A stretch of DNA of 64,000 bases, taken from positions 64,001 through 128,000 of the forward strand of contig CAVPJD010000008.1 of NCBI GenBank assembly GCA_963705165.1, written 5' to 3'. This document shows positions 20,013 through 29,861 of this stretch, piece after piece. The notes beneath the pieces are model-generated. The model searched no databases. It saw only the letters and a list, made by a program, of their open reading frames with translations, and had not been told where the DNA came from. Positions within the stretch are counted from its first letter, which is position 1, and every line of letters starts with the position of its first letter. Made by a program: the position numbers and the translations under genes. This stretch comes from an uncultured delta proteobacterium. GTDB taxonomy: Bacteria > Desulfobacterota > Syntrophia > Syntrophales > UBA2192.

Positions 20013-20858
20013 TCAGCCGAAGGCCCGGGGGGTAATCGCCTCGGTCAGGATATCCCGGTCGAATCCCCTGGGCGTCTCGCCTTTTTTCGCGTACTGGTAG
20101 AGGGCCGCCTGGAAGATCCCCTGGAGGGCGGCCTGCACGACGGTGAGCGCGATGATATAGATCACGGCCAGGACGACGAAGCCGAGCGCCAGGAATCCCT
20201 TGCCGCTCGCCGCGCCGCCTGCAATCAGCAGGATGGCCGGGAGCGAGAGGACGAAAAAGACGAGACCGAAGCTGAAGCCGCCGATCAGTTCCTCGCCCCA
20301 GGTTTTTTTCAGCAGGCGCGCCGACTCCTGGAAGGCCTCCATGGGGCCCTTGCGCTCGTTGACGAGAATCGGGATGACGAGGTAACTCGTGATTCCCCAG
20401 GCCATGCCGAGCAGTCCCGCGAAGATGCGGCCCACGAACGTCGAGCGCTCCTCGATCATCCGGAGGACCATGCCCACGCTGGCCGACACGAGGGCCCAAC
20501 CGGCGATCTCGAACAGACGAGAGCCCGAGGCCTGCAGACCTTCGCCCACCGTGGGGTTGCCGCCCCGCATCCGGATGGTGGCGCAGGCCACGATGGCCGT
20601 ATTGAAGAAGATGATGACGAAATAGTTGATGAAATAAAAAGCGAAGAGAACCACCAGGTTTCCCACCGCTCCGTTGTGGCGGGCGATCCGCTGGACTGTA
20701 TCGATGCCGCCCAGGGCGAAAACAGGAACGGCGAAGGAAGCCATGATCAGGAGCAGCGCGATGCCCGAGAGCACCGGGAACACCAGGATTTCCTTGTCCT
20801 GCCTGAGCACGTCCCAGGAGGCCCTCATGATCTGCCACGATCTCTCAAATTTTTCCAC
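20013..20858 (-). CDS. DUF6159-like membrane protein
   Basis: SWDVLRQDKEILVFP and LLKKTWGE; multiple TMs. Confidence 0.75.
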   Translation of the reverse strand: MEKFERSWQIMRASWDVLRQDKEILVFPVLSGIALLLIMASFAVPVFALGGIDTVQRIARHNGAVGNLVVLFAFYFINYFVIIFFNTAIVACATIRMRGGNPTVGEGLQASGSRLFEIAGWALVSASVGMVLRMIEERSTFVGRIFAGLLGMAWGITSYLVIPILVNERKGPMEAFQESARLLKKTWGEELIGGFSFGLVFFVLSLPAILLIAGGAASGKGFLALGFVVLAVIYIIALTVVQAALQGIFQAALYQYAKKGETPRGFDRDILTEAITPRAFG

Positions 20859-20913
20859 TCTTCGCCCTTCTCTGCTGTCTGCTGTCGGCTGTTAACTGTC
20901 GGCTGTACTTCTC

Positions 20914-21591
20914 TTATCCCCTGTTCATGACCTGCGCCTTGACCTTCTCCACGTGGGCGACGATTCCGGGAATATCGGCGGCAAGCTCCTCGTGACTGTA
21001 AAGGAGGTCCTCCAGATGGACATAAGCGCGCAGGTCATCGGGGCAGAGGTTGACGGCCTGCAGGAACGCCCTGGCCGCATCGCCCAATCGGCCCTGCCCC
21101 TGAAGCGCGAGGCCGAGGTTTCTCACGGCATTGTGGCGCCCGGGGGCAATTTCGAAGGCGGCCCGGCAGTAGGACTCGGCCTCGCGGTGGCGCCCGCAGC
21201 GGCTCAGCGAGTAACCGAGGTTGTTGTAAATGGAATACCAGGTGTCGTCTCGCGAGGGCGTCAATTGCAGGGCCTCCGAATAGGCCGCTGCGGCGGCCTT
21301 GTAATTCTCGCGCTGCTCCATCAGCAGGCCCAGGAAGAGGCACCGCTTGGCCGTCTCGGCCCCGTCGCGGGAAAACTGCATCGCCGTCCGGATGTAGCTC
21401 ACCCCGGCATCGTTGCAGGCCTGGACGAAACAATCCTGGGCCAGTCCCCAGAGCGCGCCGGCGATGTCCATCTCATCGCTCCTCACCTCCAGGATGCGCA
21501 TGAGCACCCTCTCGGTGTCCTCGATGGAGATGCTCTCGCCGTCGGGAAAAACGAAGAAAGCGCAGTGACCCTGCTTGCGGATCCGGTTCAT
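20914..21591 (-). CDS. Tetratricopeptide repeat protein
   Basis: YNNLGYSL and NLGLAL TPR motifs. Confidence 0.8.
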   Translation of the reverse strand: MNRIRKQGHCAFFVFPDGESISIEDTERVLMRILEVRSDEMDIAGALWGLAQDCFVQACNDAGVSYIRTAMQFSRDGAETAKRCLFLGLLMEQRENYKAAAAAYSEALQLTPSRDDTWYSIYNNLGYSLSRCGRHREAESYCRAAFEIAPGRHNAVRNLGLALQGQGRLGDAARAFLQAVNLCPDDLRAYVHLEDLLYSHEELAADIPGIVAHVEKVKAQVMNRG

Positions 21592-21635
21592 GTCTTCTCT
21601 CTTTCCGTCTTCTGCAGCCGCCCCTGCCGCATGCC

Positions 21636-22139
21636 TCAGGCCTTGAAGCTGTGGCTGCCCGCCCGGAAGGCCGACAGGGGGGCCATCCGCATGTCCGTTG
21701 CCTGCCGGGCCCGTTCCGGGAACAGCGCGCGGATCGTTTCCGTGAAGGCCTTCATGTCGAAGGGCATCCGGAAAAAACGGTCTGCGCCGACCCGGATGGC
21801 GATGTCCTCGTAGAGAAACTCGGCCGGGAAGGCCGCCGTGGCGATGATGGGCCTCCGGTGGACGCCCTTGAGATGCCTGACCAGCATGAGGGCCTTGATG
21901 AAGCTGTCGGCCTCGAGGTCGCGGCCCCAATGCCCGAAGGTCACGTTGTTGAGGAACAGGACGAAAAGGTCCACGGGCCTCTCGTCGGCCAAGGCCAGAA
22001 TCCGGTCGGCCTCCGGCGTGCCGTGGACGCGCAGCCTCTGGCGGGGGTCGAGGGCATCGGCAACCGACTCGGCGACAATCTCGACGAAAGCGTCGTTGAA
22101 GTCTCCGACGATGACATGGAAATCTTCAGCAGTTGCCAT
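21636..22139 (-). CDS. Degenerate receiver-domain-like protein
   Basis: VDLFVL, PIIAT and GADRFFRMPF resemble a CheY fold; canonical Asp and Lys not evident. Confidence 0.55.
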   Translation of the reverse strand: MATAEDFHVIVGDFNDAFVEIVAESVADALDPRQRLRVHGTPEADRILALADERPVDLFVLFLNNVTFGHWGRDLEADSFIKALMLVRHLKGVHRRPIIATAAFPAEFLYEDIAIRVGADRFFRMPFDMKAFTETIRALFPERARQATDMRMAPLSAFRAGSHSFKA

Positions 22140-22343
22140 CACCCCCCCATGCCGATCGCTCACGGCGCAATCCGGTGGACCGTTGCCCGAACGGCAAAGT
22201 GCCCTATTACTGTATCGCCCCGGGCGGGCCAAACTTGAGGCGTTTTATGCCCATGGACGGTGCAGCTCCCCGCACGGCAGGCAATAAAAAAGCGGCCCGC
22301 AGGCCGCTTTCTTCACTCAACGCCCTCCTGTTTCAGGAGGCTG

Positions 22344-22619
22344 TCAGGTCAGGTTGATCGTGTGGGTCTTCAGCAGGAACTCCTTGAACTGCGCCTTTGT
22401 CGTTTCCTTGACGTCAGAGAGTTTGACCAGGATGGCATTGTTATAGAATGAATACCCGTCGTCGATTTTCTCGGGGTTTTCGTCGTCGTCGATGAAGCGC
22501 TCCATGAACTTGAGGGCCGTCTTCCGCGCCTCGCGCTCGTCCTTCGCCTCGATGAGGTAATGATGGTGGCGCAGGTCCTCGTCCTCGCGCTCCGTAATCT
22601 TGATCCAGTAGTCGGGCAT
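22344..22619 (-). CDS. Hypothetical protein
   Basis: GGAGG RBS, strong host codon bias, terminator-like hairpin downstream. Confidence 0.75.
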   Translation of the reverse strand: MPDYWIKITEREDEDLRHHHYLIEAKDEREARKTALKFMERFIDDDENPEKIDDGYSFYNNAILVKLSDVKETTKAQFKEFLLKTHTINLT

Positions 22620-22792
22620 GCTCCCTCCCGGTGACCTGTGATTTCTTGCTGCCTTTTTACCATTTCCCTACCCCATACGCAACGACTCTTTTCGTGCCCC
22701 GGATTGCCAAAGTGCGCCTTCCGCAAGCGAGAAAAAAGACCGCCCGTTCGACCGAGCGGCCCTTGTCCCTGGGCATCACTCGGGCTTCCGGA

Positions 22793-23173
22793 TCAGAACC
22801 GCCCCCACTTGCCGGGGTTCATGAGAGACGTGAGATTGCTCAGGAGCATGTTGTTGCAGTCCGCGACCATGCTGTTGCAGTTCCGGACGATCTGAAACCA
22901 GCTTTCATAAACACCCAGGTACACCTTTACCGCGCCGCCGGGAGCGCCGAAAGCCGTGGGGCTCGGGGACGGGATATCCCGTTTCGGCGGGGCCGCCGGT
23001 TGCGGGCTCTTCGGAGGGGCCTGCGCTTTCGGCTTTTTCGGAGGGGCGGCCTTCTTCACCTTGATTTTTTTTGCCGCGGGCTTGCGGGCGGCCTTGCCCC
23101 TCGTCTGGGTCGGCTCGCTGGGCTTGAGCGCGCTGAGTTTCTGCATGATGTCTTCGTGAGTCTTTTTAGCCAT
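22793..23173 (-). CDS. Small Lys/Pro-rich protein translationally coupled to ParA
   Basis: ATG overlaps the ParA end (ATGGCTAA); low-complexity KKAAPP linker. Confidence 0.7.
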   Translation of the reverse strand: MAKKTHEDIMQKLSALKPSEPTQTRGKAARKPAAKKIKVKKAAPPKKPKAQAPPKSPQPAAPPKRDIPSPSPTAFGAPGGAVKVYLGVYESWFQIVRNCNSMVADCNNMLLSNLTSLMNPGKWGRF

Positions 23174-23915
23174 GTATGATCTCCTGGGCCAGGGCGAGGA
23201 AGTCTTCGGCTCCCTTGCTCGACGGGTTGTATTCGAAGAGGTTCTGCTGGGCGATCTGGGCCTTCACGATGTCCACGTTGACGCGGATGACGGTCCGGAA
23301 GAGCTTGTCGGGAAAGTGGCTCTTCAGAGTCTCGTAGGTCTGCTCCGAAAGAGAGCTGCGGCGGTCGTACTTGCAGGCGAGCACGCCGAGTAGTTCGAGT
23401 TTCGGGTTGAGGCTCCGCTTCACGTACCCGATCTCCTCGAGCAGCTGCTTGAGCCCCAGAAGCGGGAAAAACCCCGAGTCTACGGGGATCATGACCTCGC
23501 CGGCGGCCACGAGGGCATTTTTCGTAAAGACGTTGAAGCTCGGCGGGCAGTCGAAGAGGATGAAGTCATAGGCTGCCTCGACGGGCTCCAGAACAGTCTT
23601 CAACATCTCCCAGGCCTGCTTTCGTACAAGCCTCTCCTCCACATCCTTGAGGGCGTTGTTGGAGGGGATGATGTCGGTCCAGCCCGTCGCGACGATGTAG
23701 TCGGCCGCCTGCCCCTTCTCGAGGATCAGGTCCTTGAGCGTCGGCTCGTCGTTTTCGATGATGAGCCCCACGGCGGCCGAGGCGTTTCCCTGGCTGTCGA
23801 GGTCGACAAGCAGCGTCCTTTCCCCGCTGGCCCTCAGGGCCGCAGCAAGACAGACAGACGTTGTGGTCTTGCCCACCCCGCCCTTCTGGTTCGTGATGGC
23901 GATCTTCCGTGCCAT
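23166..23915 (-). CDS. ParA/Soj family ATPase (orphan)
   Basis: NQKGGVGKTT deviant Walker A; DLDSQGNAS; DCPPS. Confidence 0.93.
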   Translation of the reverse strand: MARKIAITNQKGGVGKTTTSVCLAAALRASGERTLLVDLDSQGNASAAVGLIIENDEPTLKDLILEKGQAADYIVATGWTDIIPSNNALKDVEERLVRKQAWEMLKTVLEPVEAAYDFILFDCPPSFNVFTKNALVAAGEVMIPVDSGFFPLLGLKQLLEEIGYVKRSLNPKLELLGVLACKYDRRSSLSEQTYETLKSHFPDKLFRTVIRVNVDIVKAQIAQQNLFEYNPSSKGAEDFLALAQEIIHG

Positions 23916-24120
23916 GGCATACCCCTGGAGATGTTCGCTTAATCCATCGATTTTATAAAACAAAACTGCGCAAATGACAAGGACGAAGGACGGGCCCGGT
24001 ACGACGAAAGTCGTAGATCAAAATCAGACCGGCGTCGTATTTCACAGGACGCCGCGCCGTGGTAGTCTTTCCGTCATCCGGCGAACAGCATCCACGCTCA
24101 TCGGCGGCAAGGAGGAGACT

Positions 24121-26064
24121 ATGACAAAGCGGCGTTGCGTCCTGTCCGTACTGACGACGGCTCTGCTTCTGGCGGGTTTGAACTTCCTTCCGTCACCTGT
24201 GCTGCCGGGATTTGCAGGGGCCGACACGGCGATCGCCGCAAGCCTCTACCCAAACCCGGCAAAGCCCGCCAACCGCTGGCGCCTGGTGTGGAGCGACGAG
24301 TTCAACGGCCCCCCCTGCGATCCCGCAAACCCCTCGAGGTGCAGCGCGAAAGACTGGCAGAAGACGGTGCAGTGCTACGGCACACCGGATACACCCGTCA
24401 GCACCGTTACCCCCTTTGCCTTCCACGTCAACCCCGACGACCCGAGGCAGTGGACGACACAATATCACCCGCACCTGGCAAACCTCGACAAGTGCACCTG
24501 GCTCGTCTCGGATCATGTCAACAAGATCCACTTCCAGGGCCCCGCCGGCCCCATCACCCGCTACAGCCCCAAGAGCGTCACCGTCTCCAACGGCGAGATG
24601 AGAATCACCACCCGCCGCACCCGTCCGAAAACCATCGATTGCGGCCGCGTGATCGCCCCGAACGGCCCCAACAACGAGGCCAACCTGACGAAGGCCTGCC
24701 CCTACGAGGCCGGAAACGTCTTCTCCTACGGTATGCACGGCCTGGCAGCCGTCAACGGCACACAGGGAACCCAGCCCGGCGACGGCCACGTGTTCCGCGA
24801 GGGCGGGCGCATCCAGGTCCGGGCACGCATCCCCGCAACGCAGGGCAACATGACCGCCCTCTGGACCTGGCAGCAGGACTGGCGCACCCACGAGCGCGAA
24901 TACGACCTCCTGGAGAACTGGGTCAACTGGCCCGCCATGAGCGCCCACTCGCTCCAGGGCCCCGGCACCTTCGCCCGGCACGTCTTGAGCGACGAGTTCA
25001 AGTACTCCCTCTCGAAGGAGTTCCACACCTACTCCATGGAGTGGAAGAAGGACGACTCCTTCAGCTACTACCTCGACAACCGTCACCTGGTGACGTGGAA
25101 GGACAGCACCCGGCCCGACGGCCAGCGGGTGATGCTGGACGGCCAGTGCGTCGAGAACCGCATCTTCGGCAACCCCTTCTACATGATTTTCTGGAACCTG
25201 ATCGCGGAGTACGACTGGGCGAAGGAGGCGGCCCCGCTGGCCGAGGGCCAGCGCCCCGACACGCTCTACATCGACTACATCCGCTACTTCGAGCCCTGCA
25301 CCGACGAGGCCGACCCGGCCTGCGTCGAGTCGACCCTGAGCACAGGATGCCCGAACCCCTGCGGCGGCTTCGGCTTTTTCGACGGCTACAACTGCTACGT
25401 GGGGAGCCCCCCTGCAGGCCGCACGGCAACGCTTGCCGACGGCCAGTATGCCTACAAGGCCACGTGGAAGTTCTTCAAGTACACCTGCCCCTCCGGCGGC
25501 ACGCTGAAAGGATCGAGCTGCCTGCTGGGCGGCCCGCCCCCGGGGCGGCTGCCCTTCGTGTGGGGCAACGCCTTCTACACGGTTCCCCTCTGCACCACCA
25601 CGGCTCAGGCCAACTGCGCAAACCCCTGCCCGTGGAAGGGAACTTTCTATGACGCAAGCGTCAAGGCCTGCCGTGCCGACGGTGCAACCAGTAACCCGTC
25701 AGGCGTGAAGATGTTCACCATCAAGGGCGTTGCCTACTACGAGCCCCAGCGCTGCCCCTACGGCGGCACCTACGATGCGGCCGCCAACGCCTGCGTGCTC
25801 GTCGATCTCCCGAAGGGCGTCGAGGCCTTCGTCTGGGAATCGGGCCTCTACTACAAGCCGCCCTTCAAGGCGCAGTGCCCCTACGGCGGGTTTTACGACA
25901 CGGTGAACTGCTACCTGCAGGGGATCCCCGACGGGGCGCAACCCTACGCCGTGGCAAACCGGATCCTGACGCCGGCCATGTGCGGCCCCGCGACGGACTG
26001 GCAGAACCTGCAGCGCGCTGCAGGCGAGGTCACGGTGGAGAATGTCTGCGGACCGGTGCAGTAA
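24121..26064 (+). CDS. Secreted GH16 glycoside hydrolase with Cys-rich C-terminal repeats
   Basis: Signal peptide; LVWSDEFNG; catalytic EYDLLE; FHTY..EW; IDYIRYF; five CPxGG.YD..C-like repeats. Confidence 0.85.
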   Translation: MTKRRCVLSVLTTALLLAGLNFLPSPVLPGFAGADTAIAASLYPNPAKPANRWRLVWSDEFNGPPCDPANPSRCSAKDWQKTVQCYGTPDTPVSTVTPFAFHVNPDDPRQWTTQYHPHLANLDKCTWLVSDHVNKIHFQGPAGPITRYSPKSVTVSNGEMRITTRRTRPKTIDCGRVIAPNGPNNEANLTKACPYEAGNVFSYGMHGLAAVNGTQGTQPGDGHVFREGGRIQVRARIPATQGNMTALWTWQQDWRTHEREYDLLENWVNWPAMSAHSLQGPGTFARHVLSDEFKYSLSKEFHTYSMEWKKDDSFSYYLDNRHLVTWKDSTRPDGQRVMLDGQCVENRIFGNPFYMIFWNLIAEYDWAKEAAPLAEGQRPDTLYIDYIRYFEPCTDEADPACVESTLSTGCPNPCGGFGFFDGYNCYVGSPPAGRTATLADGQYAYKATWKFFKYTCPSGGTLKGSSCLLGGPPPGRLPFVWGNAFYTVPLCTTTAQANCANPCPWKGTFYDASVKACRADGATSNPSGVKMFTIKGVAYYEPQRCPYGGTYDAAANACVLVDLPKGVEAFVWESGLYYKPPFKAQCPYGGFYDTVNCYLQGIPDGAQPYAVANRILTPAMCGPATDWQNLQRAAGEVTVENVCGPVQ

Positions 26065-26138
26065 GGCGCGTCCGGCCCTGAGCGGATGATGATCATCTTC
26101 ACCGCCACGATCGGCGGTTGAAGCACACGGAGGCGCTC

Positions 26139-26735
26139 ATGACCGAAAACTCGATGCTGATCTGGTCCATGGGGATTCTGATTTTTCTCGCACTGTTTTT
26201 GAGACTTGTCGAGGACTACGGTCTCCAGCTCTTCTGGCCGAACCTGTTCCGGACAGGGTTGCCGGTGTATGCGTATCCCCTTCCCCTTACCGTGCCGGAC
26301 CTGCCGCAGGGATCCGTTTTCGAAACGCAGAGCGGCCGGTTCAAGGTCATCACCCCGCGAGAGTGTCTCTTCTACCAGAAATCCATCGCCCAGTTTAACG
26401 ACGGGAGATGGACTCTCAATGGCCGCCTTCTCTGGACAGGGGGCCATGCACTGGCCGAAGGTCAAATTCCGGTCACCGCGATCCTTTCTCGGATTGGATG
26501 GATGATCTTTATAGGCGTCGGGCTGGCTGTATCGTTGGCGCTCCCGCTTCGCAACTGGACGATCGGCGTCGCCGTTGCACTGCTCGTGCTCGCAATCTTG
26601 TCTTTCATCTTCTACCGGAGGGCGTTGGCAATGAAAGATACGGCTCATCGGATCCTCGTTGAGTACGAAGTATATATGGCGGACAGGCGCGACGGGAATC
26701 AGACGCACTCCCCGACGCCGGAAGCGCCGCGATGA
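26139..26735 (+). CDS. Hypothetical membrane protein
   Basis: GGAGG RBS; 3 hydrophobic segments. Confidence 0.65.
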   Translation: MTENSMLIWSMGILIFLALFLRLVEDYGLQLFWPNLFRTGLPVYAYPLPLTVPDLPQGSVFETQSGRFKVITPRECLFYQKSIAQFNDGRWTLNGRLLWTGGHALAEGQIPVTAILSRIGWMIFIGVGLAVSLALPLRNWTIGVAVALLVLAILSFIFYRRALAMKDTAHRILVEYEVYMADRRDGNQTHSPTPEAPR

Positions 26736-27076
26736 CAGGACGTGGGGGGCAGCACGGCTTTTGTAACAACCAGAGCATCAAACGGGAAATCGAGAAAACA
26801 GTCACGTTCTGCAGGCAAAAATGATCGGCAGTATTTAATGTGAAAAAATCGGGACACGGCATGCAAAAGGCCGCCCTTGTCATGGGGCGGCCTTCTGCAT
26901 GCTGTCAGAAAGGAAGATTCTGCGCATTGCAGGCGAGGTCACCGTGGAGAACGTCTGAGGTGCCGAGCGGCAGCGCCTCTCGCAATAATCCGTCAACGTC
27001 CTCGACAAAAAGCTAAAAAAGGCTTATCAATAGAGATAGACCCTTAAGCAGGAACCGACACGATAACAGGGAAGCC

Positions 27077-28108
27077 ATGAAAATTTCTTTCACCAAACAT
27101 AACGGCCCCATCGACGAGATCATCGAGAAATTGATGGAGACCGCCGAGGGAATCGGGAGGCCGAAATACGTCCGCGAAATGATCCTCGCCTCACTCAAGG
27201 CCGGGCAGGAGGCCGACGAGAGCGCGGACCTCAAGCTCATGAACACCACGCTCAAGGAGATGCGGTTCACGTCCAAGGTCTTCGGCCCCTACCGGAATGT
27301 CCGCAAGGTCACGGTCTTCGGCTCGGCGCGCACCCTGCCGGGCGATCCGGTCTACGAGATGGCATCGCTCTTCGGGAAAAAGCTCGCCGAGACGGGTTAT
27401 ATGGTCATCACCGGCGGAGGGGGAGGCATCATGCAGGCCGTCAACGAGGGAGCCGGCCCCGAGCATTCCTTCGGCGTGAACATCCGCCTGCCCTTCGAGG
27501 AGAAGCCGAATCCCGTGAGCGAGGGGAACCCGCGGTTCATCACGTACAAATATTTTTTCAACCGCAAAGTGGCCTTCCTCAAAGAAGCGGATGCCGTGGC
27601 GCTCTTCCCGGGCGGCTTCGGCACGCTCGACGAGGCGATGGAAACGCTCACCCTGGTGCAAACGGGCAAACGCAATCCCATGCCGCTTGTGCTCGTGGAC
27701 GACCCTGACCGTCCCTACTGGCCGCACCTGATCCGGTTCCTCGAGGAAGAACTCCTGGCCCGTGACTATATCTGCCCATCGGACTTTGCGCTCTTTGAGC
27801 GGGTCTGTTCCGTGGATGCCGCAGTGGAGAAGATCCGGCATTTCTATCGCCGCTATCACAGCCTTCGGTATGTGCATGGCCAACTCGTGATCCGGCTCAC
27901 ATCGCCGCTCAGCCCCGATGACATCCGGAATCTGACAGATCAGTTTCATGACATCCTTCTGCCCGGGGGAAGAATCGCTGCGTCCGGGGCTTTGGAAGCG
28001 GAAAGGGAGGATGCGGATGTGATGCATCTTCCGCGGCTCGTGATCGACTTTAACCGCAAGGGCTTCGGCAGGCTCAGGAGTCTCATTGATTCGATCAATG
28101 ATTTTTAG
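27077..28108 (+). CDS. LOG family nucleotide phosphoribohydrolase (TIGR00730-like)
   Basis: VFGSAR, TGGGGGIM, YFFNRK and PGGFGTLDE motifs. Confidence 0.92.
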   Translation: MKISFTKHNGPIDEIIEKLMETAEGIGRPKYVREMILASLKAGQEADESADLKLMNTTLKEMRFTSKVFGPYRNVRKVTVFGSARTLPGDPVYEMASLFGKKLAETGYMVITGGGGGIMQAVNEGAGPEHSFGVNIRLPFEEKPNPVSEGNPRFITYKYFFNRKVAFLKEADAVALFPGGFGTLDEAMETLTLVQTGKRNPMPLVLVDDPDRPYWPHLIRFLEEELLARDYICPSDFALFERVCSVDAAVEKIRHFYRRYHSLRYVHGQLVIRLTSPLSPDDIRNLTDQFHDILLPGGRIAASGALEAEREDADVMHLPRLVIDFNRKGFGRLRSLIDSINDF

Positions 28109-28218
28109 CCTTCTTTCATTCTCCCGGGAACGGCTGCAGGATCCCGACAGCGTGACAAACGTTGTCTGTTCATCCGGAACCTCTCTTCCGGTTTTCAATC
28201 CATTAACACCGGCGGGCT

Positions 28219-28923
28219 ATGATCGAATTACATGAAGTCACTAAGCGATACGGTTCCCTGACGGCCGTTGACCGGATTTCCTTCTCCGTCGCGAAAGGCG
28301 AGTATTTCTCCCTGCTGGGTCCAAACGGTGCCGGGAAGACGACCATCGTCAAGATGTTGCTCGATTTCACCCGGCCAACCTCAGGGACCTTGTCCGTGAA
28401 CGGGATTTCAAGCAAAGATCCCGCCTGCAGAACCGCCGTGGGCTACCTGGCTGAGAACCCCCGCATACCACCGAACCTTACCGGATGGCAGTATCTTCAC
28501 CGCTGTGCCGAACTGTTGGGAATGCGGCGATCCGAGGCTACGGAACAGAGCGGGAAAATTGTCGAGCTGATTGGCATGAAAGGCAGGGAGCACACGAAGG
28601 CAAGCACTTATTCCAGGGGCATGATTCAACGGTTCGGGCTCGGTGCCGCGCTGACAGGAAATCCGAAGCTGTTGATCCTCGACGAGCCAACCTCCGGTCT
28701 TGATCCCATCGGGATCCGGGAGATACGCCAGCTTCTGGAATCGCTCAAGCATCAAGGGATGACGATCCTGCTCAATTCCCACTTGCTGTCAGAAGTGGAG
28801 AAGATCTGCGATACGGCCGCGATCATCAACAGCGGCAAACTCCTGTTAAAAGATTCGATTTCATCTATCATCCAGGATGGCGAAACGCTGGAAGACGTAT
28901 TCGTCAGACTTGTAAAAGGTTGA
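28219..28923 (+). CDS. ABC transporter ATP-binding protein
   Basis: GPNGAGKT, YSRGM, LDEPTSGLD, SH. Confidence 0.93.
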   Translation: MIELHEVTKRYGSLTAVDRISFSVAKGEYFSLLGPNGAGKTTIVKMLLDFTRPTSGTLSVNGISSKDPACRTAVGYLAENPRIPPNLTGWQYLHRCAELLGMRRSEATEQSGKIVELIGMKGREHTKASTYSRGMIQRFGLGAALTGNPKLLILDEPTSGLDPIGIREIRQLLESLKHQGMTILLNSHLLSEVEKICDTAAIINSGKLLLKDSISSIIQDGETLEDVFVRLVKG

Positions 28924-28924
28924 C

Positions 28925-29765
28925 ATGGAGACACCGAAAGCACATTCCATCGTTCTCATCATCGCCAAATACGCGTTTGCAGACGAAGTGCGGCAGAAGA
29001 GCATGATCGTCATGTTCATGATCAGCGCCCTTTTCGTATTTCTTCTTCGAGAATGCTATCAAGGCGATTACATGGTGAACGGGCAGGCGCTCAGCGCCGA
29101 TGCCATTGCCTGGACCCTGTCGAAAGTGATCTTCCATGTCATTGCAGCAGGGGCAATGTTTATTACTGCGTTGCTGACGATGCGGGTATTCAAGCGTGAT
29201 CGAGAGGAGGGGATGCTATCGTCTATTTTGGCCAAACCCATTGACCGATGGCAGTATGTCACGGGCAAAATACTCGGATTGTGGGCATTGTCGGTGCTCT
29301 TCATGTTCATCCTTCACAGTATCGTATTCTTCATCGCATCCCTGAGTATGAAGACCCTGGTGCCCGCATACCTCGTCGCGTCGCTACTCTGTTCTATCAA
29401 TCTCCTTTTCGTTGTTCTGACCGTGTTTCTGCTGTCGCTTATGCTGCCTGACATCGCCGCCTTTCTCTGCGCTGTGGGTATCGGTTTAGCCAGCCTTGCA
29501 GCCAACAGCATCTACTACTTTAAGCCAGAGCCAAATGGGGCAGGCGATGATGCAGCAGTCTGTGGATCGCGCACCATCGGGCTTTACAGGGTGGAAAGCT
29601 GTCTACTATTTATGGCCGAATCTATTCGGAACACAGCAGTCAGCCGCTACTCTGATTGGAAATGACGGGGGGGTTCCTGTATATCCACTCATGAATGTTC
29701 TCTTCTATTGTCTTATCCTGGGAGTCTTGTTGTTCCTCCGCTTCAGGAATGAAGAGATTGTCTAG
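28925..29765 (+). pseudogene. ABC-2 type permease with a +1 frameshift near 29520 (or sequencing error)
   Basis: DREEG..ILAKPIDRWQY..GK N-part; C-terminal TM ending LFLRFRNEEIV lies in the next frame. Confidence 0.75.
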
Positions 29766-29861
29766 ATTCATGAATGGTCTTTGCGGGTAATCTAACTTGA
29801 CATGTGTGGGACAACGTCTGGCGGCAGCTCATTCCATATCCCTTTGAAGTTGGAGAAATTG

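Noticed and set aside
29461..29530. Programmed frameshifting in the ABC permease, nitroreductase or 8784-9157 gene
   Set aside because: No canonical slippery heptamer or stimulatory structure seen; indel or sequencing error is simpler
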